26,787 nucleotides of DNA from Methanocellales archaeon (GTDB taxonomy: Archaea > Halobacteriota > JAWCLZ01), in NCBI GenBank assembly GCA_038850285.1, contig JAWCMA010000001.1:163636-190422 (forward strand), read 5' to 3'. Below the pieces are notes generated by a model, which was given only the letters and a program-made list of their open reading frames with translations, was not told where the DNA came from and ran no database searches. The position numbers and the translations under genes are program-made. Below are positions 1 to 11,200 of this stretch, in pieces (position 1 is the first letter of the stretch; every line of letters starts with the position of its first letter).

Positions 1-2103
1 GTTGCAATTGGATTAGGCGGGCCAACTCACGTGCTTAAGGAAAATTGGGAGGGCGCTGCGTTCTTGGGCTTTAATGCTGTGTTTGCTGAGTCTACTGGAT
101 ATAATGCATCTGAAAATAGATTGGAAACCCCTGCTCACGAAATAGCGCATGTATACTATATCTGCGATGAATATGACCTCTCATTTTGGGCGCATGAAGC
201 AGCAACATTAAGTATGACAGTTTTTCCAGGGTACTGTCCAAATCTATGGAATTTTGATAGCTGTCCAGTTGTAAAGGTGGATGATATAGTTTGGCCGAAT
301 TACACCTGCAATGGCATAGCTCAATGCTGCGGTCCTGCAGCATATAGAATTTATTCAGGAGCATATTCAGCTAAAAATACTATATGCACTGAGCCAGTTT
401 ATAGCGTAATGGGAAGTGGGGCTTCAAACCATCGATGCGGTTATAGTGAAAGGAGCTATAAATGGCTTGAGTATTCAGGATTGTTAAACTGCAAGCGAAA
501 AACCGAAAAACTATCAAAACCATTAACATTGGCTCCAAGCAAGATCACTAGCATAGGCTTGCAGTTTGACAAAAAAGGGGAGGAAAAAACAAGTATAAAT
601 TATATCTGGACTTACGAGGGCAGCTATAATAGACCAAGCACAACTGGTCCTTACCAACTTCAGATATTTGATGAAAATAATAACCTCGTGGATGCTATTT
701 CACTGCCAGTTTCATATCACATAATGACTGACCCACCTGAGGAAACAAATAAAACATATTTTGCAATCGAACTCGAATATAAAGATTCATGGAAGACCTT
801 AAAAGTGGTTAAGAACAACAGCACTTTACTCGAGCAAGATATAGAAGAATTGCTCTGCAATAAAAACAATGCCTGCGATGCCAAGGAAAATTATTATTCC
901 TGTCCAGCGGATTGCAAGTCAAATGCTAAGGATGGAATTTGCAATCCACAGAAAGAAGACGGCTGCGACCTCGACTGCGCTCTAGGCATAGATGATGACT
1001 GCATTGGAATGATCGCAGCGATCATATCTCCAGCTAATAACACAGTTTTCAATAAGAACACGAGAACCATTGAGCTAAAGGCACAGACAACGATACCTGG
1101 AACCTGCAAGTACTCCAATGTCTCCACTTCATATGAAAACATGACTGCTTTCGCTGACACGGGTTCAATGATTCACACCACCACGCTTGCGGTGCAAGAA
1201 GGCAAGGAATATGACTATTATGTGAGGTGCAGCGATGCAACAGGTGCCCAGAGCGAGCTGCAATATGTGCACTTCAACGTCAGTGCTAATCGAGCTCCAG
1301 TTTTGAGCTTTATTAAAGACATCACTGTTTTGGAAACTGATTTGATTGTAATCCACGCAAACGCGAGTGATCCAGATGGCGATACATTGAGCTTCAACAT
1401 CTCGGATGGTAAGTTTAAGCAGAATGACACAGGTGTGTTTAGCTGGCAGACTGATTACTACGATGCAGGTTTATATAAAGTGAATATCACGGTTACAGAT
1501 GGCAATTTAACTGACTGGCAGCTAGTGAACGTGCTGGTTAAGAATTTGAATAGAATTCCCTCACTCGAAGCAATCGAAGATATCTGGGCAAGCGAGCTAG
1601 ATAAAATCGTGATAACCCCAAATGCCACTGATCCAGATTTAGGGGAAAACCTAACATTCTACTTGGATCTCGAGAAAGTTGGCCTTGAGGGCAAAATTGA
1701 CAAATTCAATTGGATAAATAATTCCTTTGAATGGCAAACCACGCTCTACGACTCAGGTAGATATAGAGCAACTATAACAGTATCAGATGGCTATATAAAT
1801 ATCTCCTATAGCTTCAAGATCTTCATTTTGAATTTAAATGCCCCTCCCAAGCTAGAGCCAATATCAAAGCAGATATTGAGAGAGGGCGAGCCTTACTATT
1901 ATAAAGTTAATGCTAGCGATATTGACTACGATGTATTGCACTTCTCGGATAATACCACGCTCTTCGAAATCAATCCATATACAGGGGAAATCACTTTCAC
2001 ACCCGCAAGCTTGGATGTGGGCACTCACTTTGTCACGATCACTGTAACAGACGGTGCAGAATATGACTCGATAGTTGTGGAATATGAAATAAGGGGGGCT
2101 TAA
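1..2103 (+). CDS. Probably secreted zincin/metzincin-like metalloprotease with Cys-rich motif and C-terminal Ig/cadherin-like repeats; 5'-truncated by window edge
   Basis: Frame is open from base 1 ([10 protein letters not shown] precedes the GTG at 31), so the true start is probably upstream. [13 protein letters not shown] at 136..174 (HExxH...DEY zinc motif); SVMG Met-turn-like at 403..414; 8-Cys motif at 856..1002; three N-x-x-P-initiated Ig/cadherin-like domains with DPDGD/DPD/DID motifs (about 1288..2090). No C-terminal TM. Confidence 0.8.
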   Translation, partial: VAIGLGGPTHVLKENWEGAAFLGFNAVFAESTGYNASENRLETPAHEIAHVYYICDEYDLSFWAHEAATLSMTVFPGYCPNLWNFDSCPVVKVDDIVWPNYTCNGIAQCCGPAAYRIYSGAYSAKNTICTEPVYSVMGSGASNHRCGYSERSYKWLEYSGLLNCKRKTEKLSKPLTLAPSKITSIGLQFDKKGEEKTSINYIWTYEGSYNRPSTTGPYQLQIFDENNNLVDAISLPVSYHIMTDPPEETNKTYFAIELEYKDSWKTLKVVKNNSTLLEQDIEELLCNKNNACDAKENYYSCPADCKSNAKDGICNPQKEDGCDLDCALGIDDDCIGMIAAIISPANNTVFNKNTRTIELKAQTTIPGTCKYSNVSTSYENMTAFADTGSMIHTTTLAVQEGKEYDYYVRCSDATGAQSELQYVHFNVSANRAPVLSFIKDITVLETDLIVIHANASDPDGDTLSFNISDGKFKQNDTGVFSWQTDYYDAGLYKVNITVTDGNLTDWQLVNVLVKNLNRIPSLEAIEDIWASELDKIVITPNATDPDLGENLTFYLDLEKVGLEGKIDKFNWINNSFEWQTTLYDSGRYRATITVSDGYINISYSFKIFILNLNAPPKLEPISKQILREGEPYYYKVNASDIDYDVLHFSDNTTLFEINPYTGEITFTPASLDVGTHFVTITVTDGAEYDSIVVEYEIRGA
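2092..2098 (+). promoter_or_regulatory. Possible Shine-Dalgarno (AGGGGGG) for the giant ORF, inside the 3' end of the upstream CDS
   Basis: G-rich run 13 nt before ATG 2112; 8-bp intergenic gap suggests co-transcription. Confidence 0.35.
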
Positions 2104-2111
2104 TAGCAATT

Positions 2112-2210
2112 ATGAATAGAATATTTAGAAACAGGGAAGCAGCAGTTGGATCGTCTGCATTAGCTATTGCATTATTACTTACCATAACCTTTACACTGCC
2201 CTTTTTATCT
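2112..2210 (+). other. N-terminal signal peptide / hydrophobic segment (possible class III, prepilin-like)
   Basis: [32 protein letters not shown]: charged n-region, EA|AV, then hydrophobic stretch. Confidence 0.6.
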
Positions 2211-5200
2211 CAAATACTGCCAGATTTAGGAGTTCAAAATACTGCGCCAGAGGTAAATATCATTGCTTCAAACGCTGATCCCCCTGATTTGATTATTACA
2301 AATTTAACTTGGACGCCTGATCCGATTGGCTATGGAGACATCGTTACTCTCAATGCCACCCTGCAAAATGCTGGAGATGCAGATATAGTGGAAAAAGATG
2401 TCTGCGTGGGCTTCTTCATAGATGGTAACTACATAGGCGAGGACTGTAGAAATGTGACAATTAGCGTTAATGAAACTGCAACCTTCGAACTAGCTTGGCC
2501 TTCAACACCAGGTACTCATGAGCTAGCGGCTTGGGCTGATTACTATGATAATATCGCTGAGGATGATGAAAATAACAATAACGCAACAGCATCCTTATAT
2601 GCCCCAGGACCGGATTTAATTGTTAGCAATATAACTTGGAATCCTGAACCATTTGGCTTTGGAGATGCTGTTACTTTCAATGTCAGTGTTAAAAATGTGG
2701 GCGATGTTGATATCCTGGAGAAGGATATCTGCATGGCTATTTATATAGATGGAGCTTGGATAGGCGATTTCTGTGAGTTCGTAAATATTTCTATCGATGA
2801 AACTATTTACTTCCAAGCACCTTGGAATGCAGATATCTCTGGGAATCGCAATGTTACTGCAGTTGCTGATGCTTACAACAATGTGGATGAGCTTGATGAA
2901 GCTAATAATCAATTGTCAGTTCCAGTTTACATTACTGGGCCTGATTTAGTTGTCACAGATATAACTTGGTCTCCTGATTTTGAAACCTTTACAGTTGGAG
3001 ACTTAGTGAAGTTCAATGCAACTGTGAAGAATATTGGGGAGAGAGATATTTCAACACCAACTCAGATTCGCGTTCAATTTTGGGTCGATGGAAATCCTAT
3101 TGGCAGTAATTATAATAATACAAAGCTGCTGGTAGATGAAACCACAGTGGTGAGCATTTCTTGGAGCATAACCCTTGGGAACAAAACCAATGTCAGCGTG
3201 ATGGTTGATCCATGGAATTCTATCTCTGAAATAGATGAAACTAACAATACACTTACAAAAGCCTTCCAAGTTAAAGTTCTCGCTCCCGATTTAATCGTTA
3301 GCAATATAACTTGGAGTCCAGAAACAATTGATTTTGAAAACAATGTTTATTTCAATTTCTCAGTAACGAATATCGGAGATGCAAATGTAACCAATAAAGG
3401 TATTTATGTTTATTATTATTTTGACCGCGACTTTTCCTATAATGGCTATGATGGCTATATTTATAGATATGGTAATATTTCAGCCAATGAGACTGTTTAT
3501 TTCAATACAAGTTGGTGGGGGCCTTGGCAAGCGAGGGGAGGGTATCATAATATCACTGCTAGAGTAGGTCCTTATTCTTGGGAATCAAATCAAACGAATA
3601 ACAGGCGAGTTGCTGACTTGCCCTATATACCTGGGCCAGATTTAATTGTTACAAACATAACTTGGACTCCAGATGCAACAGCGGTAACAGCCAGGGACAG
3701 CGTGACCTTCAACGCCACGATAATGAATATTGGCGAGAGAAATATATCGACAAGGTATATCTATGCGAGATTTTGGGTAGATGGAATTGATATAGGAACT
3801 GGTAGCAAATCCACGAGCTTGCCTATCAATGGTTCCATGTGGATAACACGTTCTTGGTCAATACCAGTTGGGAATAAAAATAATGTTACAGTAATGGTCG
3901 ACTATGGGAATAATATTGGCGAGATAAATGAAACTAATAATACACTTACAAAAGCCTTCCCAATGCAAGTTCTAGCTCCAGATCTAGTTATCAGCAATAT
4001 AACCACAATTCCCTATCCACCTCGCGAGGGTGAAAATGCTACAATCAATGTCACCATAAGCAACTTAGGAGACGGCAATTACTGGGGAGCCTTTACCTCG
4101 AGAATTCTCGTGGATGGTACTGAAGTTGCAAGGCCATATCTGCAGAGTATTAACGAGAGCAGATTTGACTACGCTACTCAGTATGTCTCACAGAGAGATT
4201 ACATCACCATGACAGCACCTTCATCGTGGGGATATAGCTACTTATTCGCAAAGGAAGCATTCGCTAGAGAGAAAAACCTCACATTCCAACTTCGGATTAA
4301 ACCTGCAGCGGGCAGTCATACAATGATTGGCTGGAAGGATAATACCTCGGGATATAGCTATACCGATATGCCTCACGCTATTTACTTCGCCGATGGCAAC
4401 ATATATGTTTATGAGGATGGCAACAACAGAGGAGATACTGGCTATGATTATATTCCCGATACTTGGTATGATGTAAAGGTGGTTTTGAAAGCAACAGGCG
4501 CAGAATACTACTACAAGCAAGTGGATAGCGATATCTGGACCAGCCTGTACTTCAGCACATATTCAAGCGAGAGCAATCTTAGACCAGGTATTGCTGCATA
4601 TGGATCAACGCGCTACACTGATGACTGGATAGTTAAAAACGACAGCGGCACGCTATTCTCAGAGGACTTCAGCGGGAAGACGATCGAAGCAGGTGGAACA
4701 AGAAATGTCTATGCAAACTGGATAGCAACAAGGGGCGATCACACTATAATGGCGATAGCTGATTTGAATAATGATGTCTGGGAATCAAATGAAAACAATA
4801 ATCAGCTAACAGTGAACATAACTCCACTTCAAGGCCCAACTTTTAACTGGATTAATACTTCTCCTGAGTATCCAAATGTTAATCAAAGTATTACGGTGCT
4901 GGCGAATATAACTGATGATATAGCAATAACAAATGCAATTTTATATTATTCATCTCAAGTGTACAATGCTCACGATGATTTTAATTCGACCCAGGGCTAT
5001 AGGAACTGGTGGTATCAAGAATGGACAGGCTCAACATATCAAGATATGAACTGGGATTCCACAAACAGTAGATGGAAAGGAAGCTACAATTATAATTTGT
5101 TATGGAGCGATGGAGGGCATCCTGAAACTTATGAAGCCGCTCGAAAGTGGTCAGCTCCTAATAATGGGACTATAAGAATAACTGGAAATGCACATAAGGC

Positions 5201-8200
5201 AGATACAGGGGGAGGAGATGGGGTTATAGTGAGAATATTCAAAAACTCTGAATTGCTATGGGAAAAAACGATAGCCTACTATGATAATATTGGATACGAC
5301 TTTGATTTGATAACTTCTGTACAATCAGGAGATGCAATTTATTTCAGGATTCACCAGAATGGGAATATCAACTATGATTCTACTTATTTTAATCCAACTA
5401 TAGCATTCCTAGCAAACTTGAGCATGAGTAATATAGGAGATATCTATTCTGCAACCATACCTGGCTATTCAAATACAACAAAAGTCTACTACTACGTTTC
5501 AGCAACGGATTCGGATAATATTACGCTAAGTAGCTCAATAAAATCTTTTATTGCTGATGAAGAGCCGCCGAGATTTGTTTCAATTGATACTCTCCCAAGA
5601 TATCCCAATGCAACCGCTGAGGTATACATCATTCCAAATATTCAAGACAATGTTGGCATAGCCAATGGAACTCTCAACTATAGCTATGACAATGTAATCT
5701 GGAATTCTACTGTGATGAATCTCACAATTATCCCCGCGGTTGAAACTCCTTCGAGCACGGGTTCCACAACCTTAAGTGCTAATTATCTCCAGTGGGATAC
5801 TAATGATGGAGGGTATATAAGCGATGGAGGCTCTGACGCCTATGATGGCATGTATCACTTGAGCTACGCTGGAACTGATTATTCAAGCGCTGCATATCTC
5901 TGGGAAGCAAATGGCAGGGAAATAATATTTGCCAAGGAGACAATTGATGGTTTGGAGTTCTCAAGAAAATTCTATGCACCCAACTCGGGTTACTGGGGAA
6001 GATATATAGATACAATTCATAATCCAACGAGTAGTGATATTTCAATTTCTCTCCAAGTATATGGAAATCTCGGCTCCGATGGCTCCACCTATACCTGGGC
6101 AAACGAGAGTTACTGGCTGGGAACAGATGACTATGACGCTGGTGGAGATCCCTCTCTTGCACACGTTTATGGAAAATATGGGGCAAGTGTTTCAAGAAGT
6201 GGCGATAATGTCTATATTACCTATTCTTTAACTATACCAGCTGGTAAATCCAAGTCTCTCGCGACTTTTGCTATTAAAACACCAAATCAAACCTTTGCTA
6301 GAGAAATTGCAACTGAAATTATTGAGAAATTTGAGAACGAGAATTGCGAGTATAATGCCTATCTAAGTTTCGAGGAATTGGATCAAATATCCAACTGGAA
6401 GATTTCAACTCTAGCTGCTACAATTCCACCTCCTAATTATACAACTAGAGTTTATTATTATTTACACGCTTTTGATTTAAGCGGCAATTCAGCAACCTCA
6501 GAAACACTAAGCTACATTGCAGATGGCAATTATCCCGCAATAAACTGGGTTACAAATGTCACTGGAATCCATAGCTACAAACTCTCGATGCCAATTTTTG
6601 CTAATGTATCAGATAACCAGGGCTTCAATTCAGTAAAAATCTGGTATTCATTTGACAGCACTACGTGGAACGAGAGTTCCATGAAACCTATTATCAACTT
6701 AATTAACTGGGGATATAGAAAACCTGTTTACATTAACAACTCGGCTAATCCACAGAATTTGATTGACTATCAAGTGAAAGTCAATGTGAGTTACGAAAGT
6801 GAAATGCAGCCTGATTTTGATGATTTGAGATTTACCTATCATAACTTAACCTCTGGATTAGAGGAAGAGATTCCTTATTATATTGAGAGCTATATAGCAG
6901 GAGTTAATGCCACTGTTTGGGTTAAAGTTCCTCTCATTAAAGGCGAATCTCTAGAAACAATCTACGTGTACTATGGAAATCCCGATGTAGAGAGCAAGAG
7001 CAATCTCAGCTCAGTTTTCATACTCTGGGATGATTTCCTAGGAAATACATTAAACCCAAGATGGACATCAAGTAGGGCTTCTATAACTGATGGCTGGGTA
7101 ACCTTAGATAGAAGTGGTGGTGACGCATATCTATATACAACTTGGAATAGTGTAGCTACCAGTTTTACCATAGAAACAAAGATCACCATTTTGAATCCAA
7201 ATGCCTATAGAACAAGATATTATGCTTCAACTTCCGCTGGAGGGGGGAGTCCAACTGGCTTTGATTATGGTCTATTCCGCATTGGGACTAATGATTTAAG
7301 AGTATACTGGAATGGTTGGACTAATGTAAGGATTTATCCATATATACCGTATACACTAAAATGGATATTAACCCCGCCAAATAGCTATGTCTGGCAAGTC
7401 TGGAATGAGACCACTAAGCTGTTCGAGGGAAGCGCTTCTATAGCAACTTCAAATGTCATAGGAATCACATTCTCGGGAACAGAAGATGATACATCTGACT
7501 TCAAAATTGACTACATATTAGTAGACTACAGCATTCCCCAGCCTTCAATTAAGCCAAATGTAAGCATAGGAGATGAAGAAGCCATTTCAATAGATTCAGC
7601 GCTATATAAGGGCTTCATACCTCCAACCAACGCCACAACTCATGTTTATTACTATGTTGAAGTCAAAGACCTAGCTTTAAACACTGTTTATTCTGATATA
7701 TTTTCCTATATCACTTCATTACCACCAGCAATAGCCAATATTACAATAAGTCCAGCATATCCAAACGGTTTTGACAGCGTCACTGTTTCAGCGAATATAA
7801 CTGACGATGGCTACGTTGCCAATGCTTATACCTATTATGGTATCGCTAATTATACAAATGCCCTGCAGTTTGATGGCGTGGATGACTATGTTAAGATCTA
7901 TGATAGTCCTAGTTTGAGCATCATAGGAACAGGATTAACACTTGAGGCATGGATAAAGCCGAATTCAGGAGCGGTCGAGGGTGACATAATCCATAAAGAT
8001 TATCAATACTCCATATTCTGGCGCTCAAATGGTGCAATTACCTATGCAGATAGTATTACATGGTCTTACGCAGATATTGGCAACTATGGAAACGCACCTG
8101 CAGACCAATGGAGCCACGTTGCCGTTACCTTTAATGGAACGCATATAATGTTCTACATTAATGGAGCTCTAGTTGGCCTCAAGCCAAGAACCGGTAGCCT

Positions 8201-11200
8201 TACTGATAATAACAACCCAGTGTTAATTGGATGCTACGGCGGGACAACTTGTAGTAGCAACGTATTCAATGGAATCATAGATGAAGCAAGAATATACAAT
8301 CGAAGCTTAACAGCTGAGGAAATAAGAGGAAGATACCAAAATAATACAGATATAAGAGATGGCTTAGTTGCAGAATATAAATTCAATGAGGGTCTTGGAA
8401 ATAGAGCAAATGATTCCTCCGGCAATAGTAACAATGGAACAATTTATGGTGCAACTTGGACTACCAGAGAAATGCCAGTAACAACGTGGAACAGCTTGGT
8501 AATGTCAAATACAACCGGCATTTACTCTGCAGTTATACCAGCAACTGGCTATAATGCAAAAGTTTATTATTACCTAACCGCTACGGATGACCTAGGCTAT
8601 ACATCTATATCGCCCACTTATAGTTATATCTCAGATCTAGAACCGCCTCAATTCATCGGCGTTTCAATATATCCACAATATCCCAACGCAACGACAAATG
8701 TAACAGTAAGCGTTGATATAAAAGATAATGTTGGCGTGGCCAATGCAACTCTCTACTATAGCTATGATAGTATAACTTGGAATTCTTCTATCGTAAATGT
8801 CACTGGTTTGCTGCAGAATTATTCGGTAAATGAAATTTCACATCCCTTTGAAAGCGCCAGTGAAACAATAATAGCTTCTGGAGACGATACATATGGAACC
8901 TATGTTTTGCCATTTTCATTCCCATTTTACAATTCAACTTATAATATAATTTACGTTGGCACAAATGGCTTCATCTCATTTGATTCTGGCAATACGTGGT
9001 ACTATAGTAATTTGCCTAGCTACGAGCAAATAGCAGTTGATGTTCGAGACTTGGTTACAACAGTATATGCAGCTAATCACGGTGATTATGTAACAATAAG
9101 ATGGTATGGCAGGCTTTATGGAGGCTCTGGGGATCGAAACTTAGCAACTGCAGAGCTTTATAGCAATGGAAAAATCATTCTCACCTATAGCGATTATCTC
9201 GGGGGTTATGCTGGAGTAAGTAGTGGAGATAATAAGCACTATACACAAATTTATCCTGCAACTGGACGCGCCTATGAATTTCTTAGACCAAACGCTGGAG
9301 TAATACCGCCCCCATACATCTCCACAAATGTTTATTATTACTTTGAAGCTTGGGATGTCTCAAGAAACGTGAATTACAGCCGCATTTATACCTATTACAC
9401 TGGGGAAGTCGATTTAATAGCCGAGAACATAACCATAACCGGAGCACTTGCAGCAGGCAATGAGGTTGAGATTAGCGCTTGGGTGAAAAACCTAGGTCCA
9501 GGGGATATACTCGCGAATACCTCAGTTGGCTTCCTCGTGGATAACAGCTTTATTGGTAAAACGAGAATAGGCAAACTAAATGCAAGTGAATCTACGATAG
9601 CAAAACTCAACTGGACAGCCACTGGCGGGAAGCACAATATCTCAGCAAAAGCAGATTATGACGATGAATTCTCCGAAACCAGTGAGACAAACAATGAAGT
9701 AACAATAGCTATTGAGATATCTCCAGATGCAATACCGCCAGTGTTTAGCGACCTCACTCAGGTGCCAGTGAATATAACCAGGGCAACAATAGGCAAAGTA
9801 GATATCACAGTTAACATAACAGATGTAGGAATGGGGGTAAATCCCGCATCGGTTGTTTTACATTACAATCTAACTGGGGATATAGATAAGAGTACATCAA
9901 TGAACTTCGTTGGTGGATTATATAAAGCAAGTATCACTGAGAACTGGTATGCTTCAAGCGGTAAAAATCTAACCTATTATATCTCAGCATCAGACCTAGC
10001 TGGCAATTCAAATGTTTCCCAAATAGTAATTGATTATATAGACCCCATTAATACCATACCCCAAGTTTACATTATCACTCCAAATGCCACCACTGCATAT
10101 AAGGATGAAGGAATAATTATCTGGAGAATAGTTGATGACGATAGCAGTTTATTCAACTCCACTCTTTATTCTCGCAAACAGGGAGAAAACTGGACGTATT
10201 TAGCAGAAGTAAATACAAGCTTATTCATTGGCAGCAACACATATCAATCTCAATATACCTGGAATACCTCTCTACTCGAGGAAAGCAATTATCAGCTATT
10301 GATAAATGTAAGCGATGGCATTGATTTTGCGAGCAGTGTTTCCGAAACATTTGCCATAGATAGATCAAAGCCATATTCAATAACACTAACAAGTCCAGTT
10401 GAGGCATATGTAGGAGGAGAGCCAATCTCTTTTAAGTTCATTGCCAGAGACAATCTAGATAGCATTTTAACCTGCAACTTAACGGTCGATGGAATTAGCA
10501 AAACCACTGTTCAAGGAACCACTTTCCCAGCAAATAATAACTCCCTTACAACTGTAAGTGCCTATGGAATAGCAGAGGGCAATCACACATGGAGTATAAC
10601 CTGCTGGGACAATGCACTTAACGTGAATACAAGTGAAACTAAGTCATTTGGAATAGACCGAGCTCCTCCCGCGATTACAATATATGCGCCAGCTGATAAT
10701 ATTACTATTGACATCGATACCCTAGAATTCAACTTCACAGCAAGCGATACCCTGAGCACAAACTTAAGTTGCAGTATTATTTTAAATGAACAAAACCAAG
10801 CAACTCTTTATGTTGAGAGAGGCACTTACGCTTTGAAGAGTATATCTCAACTCTCAAGCAGCACATATAATTGGTATATAAGCTGCAAAGATGAAGCTGG
10901 AAATACTGGAAATAGTGCAACTAGAAGATTTAATGTAACAACCGACCTTGGCTTAGCAAGCGAGGACATAGAATTTTCAGATCCCACACCCCTAGAGGGA
11001 ACTTCAATAACAATGAATATTACAATATATAACTTTGGCAAGGTAAATGCGACAAATGTACTCATAAGAGCTTATGGCGAGTCCGAATTAATCGGAGAAA
11101 GAACCACCTCGGTACTAGCACATAGTCAAGTGAAGTTTTCCATGCCTTGGAATCTAGCAGGCTTACCTGCTGGCATGCGAAATGCAACAGTAATAATATC

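Larger units (their letters stand above)
2281..4826 (+). other. Six tandem CARDB-like Ig domains; the sixth carries a ConA-like insertion
   Basis: PDL motifs start near 2281, 2604, 2935, 3282, 3630 and 3975; each domain ends in an E-x-x-[EQ]-x-NN motif. Domains 1/2 share paired Cys; domains 3/5 are close paralogues. Confidence 0.85.

Noticed and set aside
31-33. GTG at 31 as the true start of the protease
   Set aside because: The frame is open to base 1, no signal peptide follows, and HExxH would be only 36 residues in; the gene is probably 5'-truncated.
4149-9290. Inserted segments as inteins or introns
   Set aside because: No C/S start with HN|C/S/T end, no Hint or LAGLIDADG motifs; inserts resemble extracellular binding folds and keep the frame.
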